DNA of 64,000 nt, from contig CAMTXH010000010.1 of NCBI GenBank assembly GCA_947085655.1, forward strand, positions 82,015 through 146,014. Direction: 5' to 3'. The position numbers were made by a program, and so were the translations under genes. The notes beneath the pieces are model-generated. The model was given only the letters and a program-made list of their open reading frames with translations. It had not been told where the DNA came from and did no database searches. Below are positions 48,020 through 56,341 of this stretch, one piece after another; the stretch's first letter is position 1, and each line of letters opens with the position of its first letter. The stretch comes from an uncultured Omnitrophica bacterium. Its GTDB lineage: Bacteria; Omnitrophota; Gorgyraeia; JACQQV01.

Positions 48020-49583
48020 GGCGCTGTTTGAACAGAGTCAATGCGATCTGGACCTCTTCAAGGCGAAGCTGCCGGAGCGTCACAACGAAAACAAGAAAGC
48101 CGGTACCCCCAATCACCGCCAACTCAAACAGAGACATCTTCAGTCCTTTTTCAGGCCCCAAATACCGGAGTATTTCCTTCATTCCGAAGAGGGTGGCACC
48201 GCATGCAAGCGCCGCAGCCGACAGTTTCATGTAAAAGGAACTGACAAATATTTTGGCCGTCTCCGGCATTGCCCTTGAAAGAGCCGCCCAGTAGACCATG
48301 GCGATGGTTAGTGTCATGAGCGAAGAAGAGAGGGCAACACCCAAATAGCCGAGGGGGCCGATCAGAAGCAAAATGAAAAAGAGATGGATCACTTCCCCCA
48401 AGATTTGAATGCCGGCGACCTGAAAGGGCCTCTTCAGTGCGTAGAGCCCCCGTCTAAAGATGCCCACCGCGCCTTCCGCCATCAATCCCAATGCATAACA
48501 GGCAAGGGCATTCGCAAGCAGGACCGTGTCCGACGACTGGAATCGTCCCCTCTCAAAAATGATTGCAGTAATGGGCGTCCGGAGAAGAACTAAAAAGAGT
48601 GTCATAGGAAGGCAAATCAGGAAAATGACACGGAGGACCTTCCCCATGACCACCCTCAGCTGATCAAGTTTCTGTATAGCGGCAGCGGCTAGACTCGGAT
48701 AGACTACCGTCTGCACAGGGACAATGCTCAAGCCGCACAATTTGGCATAAATGTTGGAAGTATATTGCAAAATCGCCAGACTCCCCTGCGGGAGAAAAGA
48801 AATTAAGGCGGTCATGGCAACAATCTTCGCCTGAACCGCTACTTTACTCACAACAAAAGGGCTGACAGACTTGATGGTTTCCCGCACTGCAGGATTTTTC
48901 CAGTCAAAAGAGAACGTGTAACGGAAGCCGTTTCCAAGGAGAGCACCCAATAGAAAAAGAAAGCGGGTCAGGGCGCCTGTCATGAGGGCGACGGGAAGAC
49001 TCCAGAGGCCGATGGAGGGGGCCAAAAGAGAGAGAGCCAATAGCCCCAAACCGGGCGAGAGGACCGAATCCGTCACCTCCACCCACACAAACCTCCGCAG
49101 GGCGTGGAGAACGGCGGTTACGAAATTGCCGAGAACCACAAGGGTCAGCATCGGAAGGAGAAAACGGGTCATGGAGATGATCGTTCCTCTGGCCGATGCT
49201 TCAAAACCGGGCACGACGAACGGGATGATCCAGGGGGCAAGATAAAAGACAATCCCTCCGATCAGCAGGGTGAGGCCTGCAAGCACATTAAAGAGATTGG
49301 ATGTAATGATCCACGCCTCTTTGTAATCTTTTTTCGCCCACCGCTCCGTAAAGATCGGAAGAAAAACCGTGGCAACTGTCCCTCCCAGAAAAAACTTGTT
49401 GGTCGTCGTGAAAAGGACAGATGCCGCGAAAAAGATATCCATTTCCCTTCCGGCACCAAAGAAAAAGGCATAAAGGGCCATTTGAACAAATGAGAGAACA
49501 AGACCTATCGCACGGAGGGCGCTGATCCAGCCGACCGAGCGGGCCGCCCTCTCGTAAACGCCCAGCTGCTCAGGTTCACCCAT
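47985..49583 (-). CDS. murJ: MurJ/MviN-family lipid-linked oligosaccharide flippase
   Basis: FGAGREMDIFFAA, FLPIF, PGF, IFERGRF...T, YALK; start MGEPE at 49583. Confidence 0.85.
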   Translation of the reverse strand: MGEPEQLGVYERAARSVGWISALRAIGLVLSFVQMALYAFFFGAGREMDIFFAASVLFTTTNKFFLGGTVATVFLPIFTERWAKKDYKEAWIITSNLFNVLAGLTLLIGGIVFYLAPWIIPFVVPGFEASARGTIISMTRFLLPMLTLVVLGNFVTAVLHALRRFVWVEVTDSVLSPGLGLLALSLLAPSIGLWSLPVALMTGALTRFLFLLGALLGNGFRYTFSFDWKNPAVRETIKSVSPFVVSKVAVQAKIVAMTALISFLPQGSLAILQYTSNIYAKLCGLSIVPVQTVVYPSLAAAAIQKLDQLRVVMGKVLRVIFLICLPMTLFLVLLRTPITAIIFERGRFQSSDTVLLANALACYALGLMAEGAVGIFRRGLYALKRPFQVAGIQILGEVIHLFFILLLIGPLGYLGVALSSSLMTLTIAMVYWAALSRAMPETAKIFVSSFYMKLSAAALACGATLFGMKEILRYLGPEKGLKMSLFELAVIGGTGFLVFVVTLRQLRLEEVQIALTLFKQRLAIQGLGEKVG

Positions 49584-50754
49584 GAAGGACTCGTTCAAAA
49601 AGACCCTCCTCCCACTCTGGGGTGGGTGTCCTACCTTCTCGAAGCGTTGACACAAGCGTCTCAAAACGCCGTCTTGAATTTTCGTAGGAGAAAGATTCGA
49701 CTTTCTCCATCGCCTTTCTTTGGATCTCCCGATAGAATAAAGGGTCGGCCATCAGTTGTTCCGCCAGCGCTATCCCCTTCCGGACACCCTCAATATCTGA
49801 GACGGCAAGATCCGGAAAGCATTCCGATTGTCCGTTCGAATTGCAGCCGATGCACGGGGTGCCGACCGCGGCTGCGTCCAGAGCAACCCTCCCATTGGTC
49901 CACCAGATGTCCGTGTTCAAAATCATGAATGCCTTGGCGGTTTCCTGAAGGTAGGGCTGCCAGGCGGTCCTGGGAAGGACTTCGTAGTGTGTCCCCCGCA
50001 GGGGTTCGAGATTCATATCCCCCCAATCCGTCAATCGAATCAGAAATTCAGGATGGCGTCTCTGCAGTTCCCGGGCTACGAGGAGACTCGCCATGATATC
50101 CAGTCGGTCTGTCTTTCCGGCAATGTAGAGGATTTTCTCTTTTCCTTCCAGAGGTCTGTAGAATGATTTGGCGAATTCGGTTGGATAGAAAGGCGGAGCA
50201 TAGGCAATCGGTTTTTCGGACACCAACTGCAGATAACCGAGTGCGGCGCGGTTCACAATCAGGAAAAGATCCGACGCATTCACAAATTCCGCAAAAGAAC
50301 GGTACCAACCGGGATCCCTCCACCATTCCCGAACGCGGCCCAAATTGTAGGTTCCGTGTGTTCCCAAGAAAAGGACCTCCGGCGTCGCAGATTTGGCCTC
50401 TTTGAGAAATTGTAGAAGGTCGTCATGACGCTCAAGAAAATGACAGACCAAAATCACGTCGAAGCGCTTGACATAGGAGAGGTTTTTAAATCGCAAAGGG
50501 CGTTTGAGCCGGCGCCGCATAGAAAATTTTATTCGATCCGGAAAAGAAACCGGCTCATGGACACCGGGCCTTTCTTTCCCGTCCTCAAACCAGTGAAGCG
50601 GAATATGCTCTCCGTTTAGGGCACTGGTCCAGCAGCCGAAGGAATTGACGTCGATTTCCCGGCGCTGATCGCAGAAGTAATTCGGCCTTTCCGGCGTCGG
50701 TCTCCAGATGCCGCCCGATTTTGTATTCCATTCCACGCAGGCAAATCTCACCAT
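49576..50754 (-). CDS. hypothetical GT-B-like protein (candidate nonulosonate transferase)
   Basis: GRVALDAAAVGTPCIG GT-B C-terminal signature; lies directly after the NulO genes; start MVRFA at 50754. Confidence 0.55.
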   Translation of the reverse strand: MVRFACVEWNTKSGGIWRPTPERPNYFCDQRREIDVNSFGCWTSALNGEHIPLHWFEDGKERPGVHEPVSFPDRIKFSMRRRLKRPLRFKNLSYVKRFDVILVCHFLERHDDLLQFLKEAKSATPEVLFLGTHGTYNLGRVREWWRDPGWYRSFAEFVNASDLFLIVNRAALGYLQLVSEKPIAYAPPFYPTEFAKSFYRPLEGKEKILYIAGKTDRLDIMASLLVARELQRRHPEFLIRLTDWGDMNLEPLRGTHYEVLPRTAWQPYLQETAKAFMILNTDIWWTNGRVALDAAAVGTPCIGCNSNGQSECFPDLAVSDIEGVRKGIALAEQLMADPLFYREIQRKAMEKVESFSYENSRRRFETLVSTLREGRTPTPEWEEGLFERVLHG

Positions 50755-51590
50755 GCCGTCCAACCCCCGTCCACCACGAGATTCGCCCCTGTCATATACG
50801 AAGAGGCATCCGAAGCGAGGAAAAGGATTGCTCCTTTGTATTCGTCCCGATCCGCCATCCGGCCGAGGGGAACACGCCAGGAATAATTTTTGACAAAGGT
50901 CTCATCATGGCCGTCGTAGACACCCCCCGGCGAAAGAGAATTGACCCGAATTTTTTTCTCCGCCCAATAGGTGGCCAGGTACCGGGTAAAATTGATCACA
51001 CCCGCTTTTGTCGTTGAATAGGAAACCGGCATGTTGAAGGGCTTGCCGCTGTAAGGGCTCTTGACTCCCTCATAGATCCGGTGGTCAGGACCGACCATTC
51101 CCGCCATGGAGGCGATGTTGATGATGACACCACCCCCCTGTTTGACCATGACTTTTCCGACGGCCTGGGTGCATAAAAACATCCCGGTCAGATTGACTCC
51201 CAACGCTTCCTCCCAAAGTTCCAGCGGGTAATTCTCGAATTCGGAAAAATAGCCGTTGAGCTCCTCGCTTCCTTTCTTGACCGTCAAGGCCGCATTGTTG
51301 ATGAGGACATCGATGCGCGGAAATTTTTCCAGAATTTCCTTGACCATGGCCGTGACGTCCGCTTTTTTTGTGATGTCCGCCCGGATTCCGAGTGTCTTCA
51401 CGTTGAAGGCCCGGCCGATCTCGTCGGTTGCTTGATCAAGACGCTTCCGGTCAAGGTCCACCAATACCGGCTGGCCTCCTGCTTCCGCAATCGCCTCCGC
51501 ATGCATCCTCCCGAGCATGCCGGCCCCGCCGGTAATAACCGCGGTCCTCCCTGTCAGGTCAAACGCCTTCTTGACAGATTTTGTCTTCAT
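50748..51590 (-). CDS. SDR oxidoreductase (PtmA-like)
   Basis: TGGAGMLG, LINNAA, YSTTK (YxxxK), RVNSLSPGG, VDGGWTAW. Confidence 0.9.
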   Translation of the reverse strand: MKTKSVKKAFDLTGRTAVITGGAGMLGRMHAEAIAEAGGQPVLVDLDRKRLDQATDEIGRAFNVKTLGIRADITKKADVTAMVKEILEKFPRIDVLINNAALTVKKGSEELNGYFSEFENYPLELWEEALGVNLTGMFLCTQAVGKVMVKQGGGVIINIASMAGMVGPDHRIYEGVKSPYSGKPFNMPVSYSTTKAGVINFTRYLATYWAEKKIRVNSLSPGGVYDGHDETFVKNYSWRVPLGRMADRDEYKGAILFLASDASSYMTGANLVVDGGWTAW

Positions 51591-52620
51591 AGAGTGAAAT
51601 CACCTCTCCGGTCTCAAGGGATTGCTTCGCGGCAAGGGCGATTCTTAGGCTGTCGGCGCCTTCCCGAAGCGAAACGAGCGGCGTTTCTTCGCCCCGGACA
51701 GATGCCAAAAAATGCCTCATTTCGTCCAGGAAAAGTTGGTTTCTCTCAAATCCCTCCAGACGGCGTGTCTCCGGCTCCTCTTTGCCTCCCTGCCACACGG
51801 TCAATGTCCCGCCGTGATGATCCCAAATGATCTTTCCCGAATCCCCGATGATTTCGCAGCGCCGGCTCGGCGGCCTCTGGAGATAATCCTGGAGAATGTG
51901 AACCGGCAGGATATTTCCGTTCCACCGACATTCCATCAGAATGCTCGCGGTATCTTCTACATCGAGTTCTAAACGGCTCAACTTTCCTCCGAGGGCAAAC
52001 AGACGCTGGGGCATCCCGAAAAGAGAATAGGCATAATCGAACTCGTGGATTTGGGAAAGAATCACGCCGCCGCCCAGATTTTTTCTTGAAGCATACATCT
52101 TCCGGTAATCTTCGTACGGATGCCATCCGGGGAGGTACTCGCCCACCTCCAGACGGACGGATAAGAGCTTACCGATCGCCTCTTCCTTGAGGAGATTCCG
52201 GATCCAGCCGAGACAGGGATGGAACCGAAGTTGAAACCCGACCATGGCGGTAAGCCCCTTTTTCTCGACGATGGAGATCAATTCGTCCACACCCTCCAGA
52301 GAATCGGATAACGGTTTTTCGATAAAAAGGTGGCACCCGGCCTTTGCCGCCTCAAGGGCCGCGGGGATGTGGAGACTGCTCGGGTTGGTGATGAATGCCA
52401 CCTCCGGCTTTTCTGCCAGCGCTTTGTCCAGTTCACCAAAAACATGGATGTTGTACTTCTCTTCGATGGAAGCACCCGGCTCAACAGTCAAAGTCGGAGT
52501 CATCACTGTCTGCAGGCGGCGGACGCGGTAGGCCAAAATCTCCGTTTCCGGAACCAGGGTCTTGAGGTTCCTCAAGTGGCGCTGCCCGATTCCGCCCAGT
52601 CCGATGAAGAGTGCCTTCAT
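51559..52620 (-). CDS. Gfo/Idh/MocA oxidoreductase
   Basis: GLGGIGQRH, FIEKP, YLPGWHPYEDYR, IHEFD. Confidence 0.9.
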   Translation of the reverse strand: MKALFIGLGGIGQRHLRNLKTLVPETEILAYRVRRLQTVMTPTLTVEPGASIEEKYNIHVFGELDKALAEKPEVAFITNPSSLHIPAALEAAKAGCHLFIEKPLSDSLEGVDELISIVEKKGLTAMVGFQLRFHPCLGWIRNLLKEEAIGKLLSVRLEVGEYLPGWHPYEDYRKMYASRKNLGGGVILSQIHEFDYAYSLFGMPQRLFALGGKLSRLELDVEDTASILMECRWNGNILPVHILQDYLQRPPSRRCEIIGDSGKIIWDHHGGTLTVWQGGKEEPETRRLEGFERNQLFLDEMRHFLASVRGEETPLVSLREGADSLRIALAAKQSLETGEVISLYEDKICQEGV

Positions 52621-53381
52621 GCGGGGTGTCTCCGCTCCCCTGTCGACACTGAAAGCGTTTCTTTGGCATTCATCGAGGCCAACAACTTTTCTGCCTCCTG
52701 AAAACTCTCTTCATAATCAATTTCGATGTAGGGCTCCTGGATGACAAAAGGCAGGATTTTTCGCCCCGACATCGCCCCCTCCAGGATGACCCGGGGCCGC
52801 AGAATATCAACGTAACCGTTCTGCCAATAGACTTCCGGAAGGAGTTGCCGCGGCATGTTGTAAGGTTCCTCCATTCCCGGCACCGTCACCAGCGGTTCCA
52901 AATAACCCTCTGGATTCATGCGCCACATCTTATAAGGGGTTTGGGACGGCCAGAGGACTGATTTGAGGGAATCCGCCTCCGGATGCACCATCAGGGTGCG
53001 GATCGCGGCTTCAACCGTCTCCACACGCCGGATCGGTCCCGTCGGACGCAGATCGACGATCAGTTCAGGAGTATAGTCTTCGTTTTCCTTCAGCCACTTG
53101 AGCGCATGCTGAAACACGGGAAGGTCAGGACTTAAATCCTGGGCCAGTTCCGGAGGCCGCATAAACGGCACCTCCGCCCCGAATTTCCTGGCAATCTCGG
53201 CAATTTCCCGATCCTCCGTGGAAACAATGACCCGTTGAATGAGATCGGATTGCCGGGCGCACGCAATGGTATAGGCAATCAGGGGCTTCCCGGCAAGCGG
53301 CCGAATGTTTTTCCGGGGAATGCTCTTGGACCCTCCCCGGGCCGGAATCAGGCATAGAATTTCAGGGATTTTGTTCCGCAT
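52617..53381 (-). CDS. neuA: acylneuraminate cytidylyltransferase (CMP-NulO synthetase)
   Basis: IPARGGSKSIPRKN, STED, RPPELA, LRPT.P, QNGY, EID. Confidence 0.92.
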   Translation of the reverse strand: MRNKIPEILCLIPARGGSKSIPRKNIRPLAGKPLIAYTIACARQSDLIQRVIVSTEDREIAEIARKFGAEVPFMRPPELAQDLSPDLPVFQHALKWLKENEDYTPELIVDLRPTGPIRRVETVEAAIRTLMVHPEADSLKSVLWPSQTPYKMWRMNPEGYLEPLVTVPGMEEPYNMPRQLLPEVYWQNGYVDILRPRVILEGAMSGRKILPFVIQEPYIEIDYEESFQEAEKLLASMNAKETLSVSTGERRHPA

Positions 53382-54213
53382 ACTTACAGGATTCCTGCAA
53401 ATGGCGTTTCACAAATTCAAGATAGCGCCTCGCCGTTTCTTCTTCAATGCCGTCCCGGGCACCCTGCAGGATGTAAGGACCTTCGAAGCCCGCCGCCTGC
53501 AAGGCCTGAAATGTCCCCGTAAAATCGACATCGCCGGTCCCGAGCGGCACCGTGGAGCCCCCCCGTTTTCTGTCTTTGACATGAACACCGGAAATCCAAG
53601 TCCCGAGTTTTGGGATTTCCGTCTCCGGACGATGTCCCGTCGCGACACGGTTTCCGATATCATAATAAATGCGGATCAGCGGATGATCGAACGCCTCCAT
53701 CAACGCCTCATACGACTCGACCGGCAGATTGGATTCGATGGCAAGTTCAATGCCATGCGTCTCTGCAATCGGCAACACGGCGCGCAGGCATTGGATCAGC
53801 TGGCGCTGGTCGGTTTCTGTTTGAATTTCGACCTCCTCCAAAACAGGCAGAAGGACCCTCCGGATGCCCAAACGCGCCCCCTGTTCAATCAGGTGCCTGA
53901 GCGTTTGAATAGAATTTGACTGCGCCTCGGGTGAAGTCCGGAAGAAAGGGTATCGCATGAAGTAATCAGCGCAGATCGAAGGGACTGCAACCCCGTGGAC
54001 CTCAGAGACAGTCCGAATCCGTTTGATTCCCTCCCTTGTCCAAAGCGGGTTCTTCCGATGGCCGTCGGCTTCAAAAACCCATTCCAAAGCATCAAACCCG
54101 CACCGCCTTGCTTTCGGAAACTCCTCCTCCCATGTCTCTACCGGAAACGCCTGCAATCTTCCCTTGAGAGGAGGAGAAAGTCTCCCTTGAAGGATCCCGA
54201 TGACGTTCTTCAC
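53362..54213 (-). CDS. sugar phosphate isomerase/epimerase (xylose isomerase-like TIM barrel)
   Basis: GILQGRLSP, LEW, CADYFM, YDIGN, HVKDR, LGTG, YILQ. Confidence 0.85.
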   Translation of the reverse strand: MKNVIGILQGRLSPPLKGRLQAFPVETWEEEFPKARRCGFDALEWVFEADGHRKNPLWTREGIKRIRTVSEVHGVAVPSICADYFMRYPFFRTSPEAQSNSIQTLRHLIEQGARLGIRRVLLPVLEEVEIQTETDQRQLIQCLRAVLPIAETHGIELAIESNLPVESYEALMEAFDHPLIRIYYDIGNRVATGHRPETEIPKLGTWISGVHVKDRKRGGSTVPLGTGDVDFTGTFQALQAAGFEGPYILQGARDGIEEETARRYLEFVKRHLQESCKYAEQNP

Positions 54214-54752
54214 GAATGAATCCGGGTCATCCTGGAGGGTTCTGTCGGTTTTTCTGCCTCCAATGTCCTTAAAACCATGCCGCAGACCTCTCGGACAGCT
54301 CCTTGGCCTCCTTTTTCACTCAGAACGATCTTGGCCTTCGAGATCACAGAGGGATCCGCGTCCTTCACCGCGATACCCAATCCCGCCCAGGCCATACACG
54401 CCAGATCATTCTCGTCGTTTCCCACATAAACCACATCTTCCGGACGGAGTCCTTGGGCAGTCGCCAAAGATTTCAGTTGCACCAACTTGTCCGGAAGTCC
54501 CTGATAACAGGGTAACCCCAATTTTCTGCACCTCGCCGAAACAACGGGGTTCCCTTCCGTCGAGAGGACTGCCATCGGAATGCCTTGTTCCTTCAGCCGG
54601 GCAATTCCCAATCCGTCCCCTCGATGGCAAAAAACGGATTCCGTCCCATCCTGGTGGACCAGAACGCGGTTATCCGTCAATACACCGTCGAAGTCAAACA
54701 CAACAAGCTTGGGGATTCTCGGGAGGATTCCCTTTTTGACAGGCATCGTCAC
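54210..54752 (-). CDS. KdsC-like HAD phosphatase (NulO-9-phosphate phosphatase candidate)
   Basis: FDFDGVLTD, RGDG, YVGNDEND, GGQGAVRE. Confidence 0.88.
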   Translation of the reverse strand: MTMPVKKGILPRIPKLVVFDFDGVLTDNRVLVHQDGTESVFCHRGDGLGIARLKEQGIPMAVLSTEGNPVVSARCRKLGLPCYQGLPDKLVQLKSLATAQGLRPEDVVYVGNDENDLACMAWAGLGIAVKDADPSVISKAKIVLSEKGGQGAVREVCGMVLRTLEAEKPTEPSRMTRIHS

Positions 54753-55618
54753 ACCCGGCGTAATTTTGCCAGAATCGGCTTCTCGCTTTCATACACCTCT
54801 TTCACACCGTTGCCGATCGCCTTCTCAATCAGGCGGATGTCTTTCACCAGGTGCCTGAATCCTTGGGGTTCGACCGAAGCAGCTTGGTCGCTGCCCCACA
54901 TGCTGCGATCCAGGGTAATATGACGCTCAACCACGCAGGCGCCAAGGGTTACGGCAGCCACTGTGGAGGCCAGACCCACTTCATGCCCGGAGTATCCGAC
55001 CGGGCAGTCGAAACTCCTTTGCAGCGTCTGAATCATCCGGAGGTTTAACTCTTCCGGTTGGGAAGGGTAGGTGCTGGTGCAATGCAACAGGATGAGATCC
55101 TCAGGACCAAGAATTTCCACCGCATGAATAATCTGCTCCATGGTGCTCATCCCGGTGGAAAGGATAATCGGTTTTCCTTTGGTTCTTTGGTAACGGAGGA
55201 GGTTATCGTCGGTCAGGGAAGCGGAGGCGATTTTGTAACAAGGGGCGTTAAATTGTGCGATAAAATCAACGCTTTCTTCGTCCCAACAGGAAGCAAACCA
55301 GAGAATCCCCTTCTGCTTGGCATAGCGATCGATCTCGCAATATTCCTTAAAACCGAACTCGAGCCCCCTTTTTAAATCGCCATTGGTCGGGCCAAACGGG
55401 TTTTCCCGGGGGCGTGCGAGTTCTTCGGGGGAGTAGACCACCTCCACCGCCCGTTTCTGGAATTTTACCGCATCCGCCCCTGCCTCCTTGGCCGCATCCA
55501 TCAGGGACTTTGCAAGCGCAAGATCCCCGTTGTGATTGATGCCGATCTCGGCTACGATAAATGCGGGATGCCCTTCTCCGATCAGACGATCCCCGATGCG
55601 TACCTCCCTTGCGCTCAT
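54749..55618 (-). CDS. neuB: N-acetylneuraminate synthase family (short form lacking SAF domain)
   Basis: AEIGINHNG, KFQKR, LSTGMS, HCTSTYP, GYSGHE, ERHITLDR, GSDQ. Confidence 0.92.
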   Translation of the reverse strand: MSAREVRIGDRLIGEGHPAFIVAEIGINHNGDLALAKSLMDAAKEAGADAVKFQKRAVEVVYSPEELARPRENPFGPTNGDLKRGLEFGFKEYCEIDRYAKQKGILWFASCWDEESVDFIAQFNAPCYKIASASLTDDNLLRYQRTKGKPIILSTGMSTMEQIIHAVEILGPEDLILLHCTSTYPSQPEELNLRMIQTLQRSFDCPVGYSGHEVGLASTVAAVTLGACVVERHITLDRSMWGSDQAASVEPQGFRHLVKDIRLIEKAIGNGVKEVYESEKPILAKLRRV

Positions 55619-55635
55619 TCCCCGCTCCTTTCACA

Positions 55636-56337
55636 TCACTTGGATTCTGTTAAGATTTCCTCCGCATCCGCCGTCACGGTCTTGCGCCGCTCTTCCTCCT
55701 TCCACACCGTCCTGAAATAGTCGAGGAAGAAAAAGAAGAAGTAGCCCCCTACCCCGGAAGCGAGCAGGGCACTCAGAACCTTCTTGAGGGTGTGCCTGGG
55801 ATTGGGACCTTGCGGTGGTAATGCGCGATCAATCACCTTCAACATCGGCTTTTCGGCTGTCAGACCAAGCTGTTCGTTGATGACATTGAGATGGTCAACG
55901 CAGAAATTGGCAAGCGCCGCCGAAAAGTCCGGATCTTCTGTGGTTGCCTGAACCATGAAAAGCGTCCCTTGGGAGACGTCGTGTCCGCTGATCATCAAGG
56001 GAACCTTCCGAAGCACCGCCTCCCTTGTTGCCCCATACCTTTGAGTCAGATCAAAATGGTCCACCACCCCCTCGGCCATTCGTCGCGTTTTCAAGAGGTA
56101 GCTTAATGACGTCACGGAGGTGGGCGTGCCGCCTCCCACTGAAATTCCCAACACCGGAGCCCCCTTGAGCGTCTGCTCGGGGGCAGGCGGAAAGGTACTG
56201 ACTCTTGCGGTGTATGTTCTCGGCGTGATCATCGTAATCGATGCCACGATGACCACCGAGATCGTCATCATAACAAAAAGGTACCCCTTGTATTTCCGGG
56301 CAACCTTCCCGTAGGTCAAAAGTGTAATATCAGCCAT
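55636..56337 (-). CDS. small Wzz/polysaccharide co-polymerase-like protein
   Basis: Two TMs, PRTYTA after TM1, VIDRALPP..P..P before TM2; no kinase domain; start MADIT at 56337. Confidence 0.7.
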   Translation of the reverse strand: MADITLLTYGKVARKYKGYLFVMMTISVVIVASITMITPRTYTARVSTFPPAPEQTLKGAPVLGISVGGGTPTSVTSLSYLLKTRRMAEGVVDHFDLTQRYGATREAVLRKVPLMISGHDVSQGTLFMVQATTEDPDFSAALANFCVDHLNVINEQLGLTAEKPMLKVIDRALPPQGPNPRHTLKKVLSALLASGVGGYFFFFFLDYFRTVWKEEERRKTVTADAEEILTESK

Positions 56338-56341
56338 GTTT

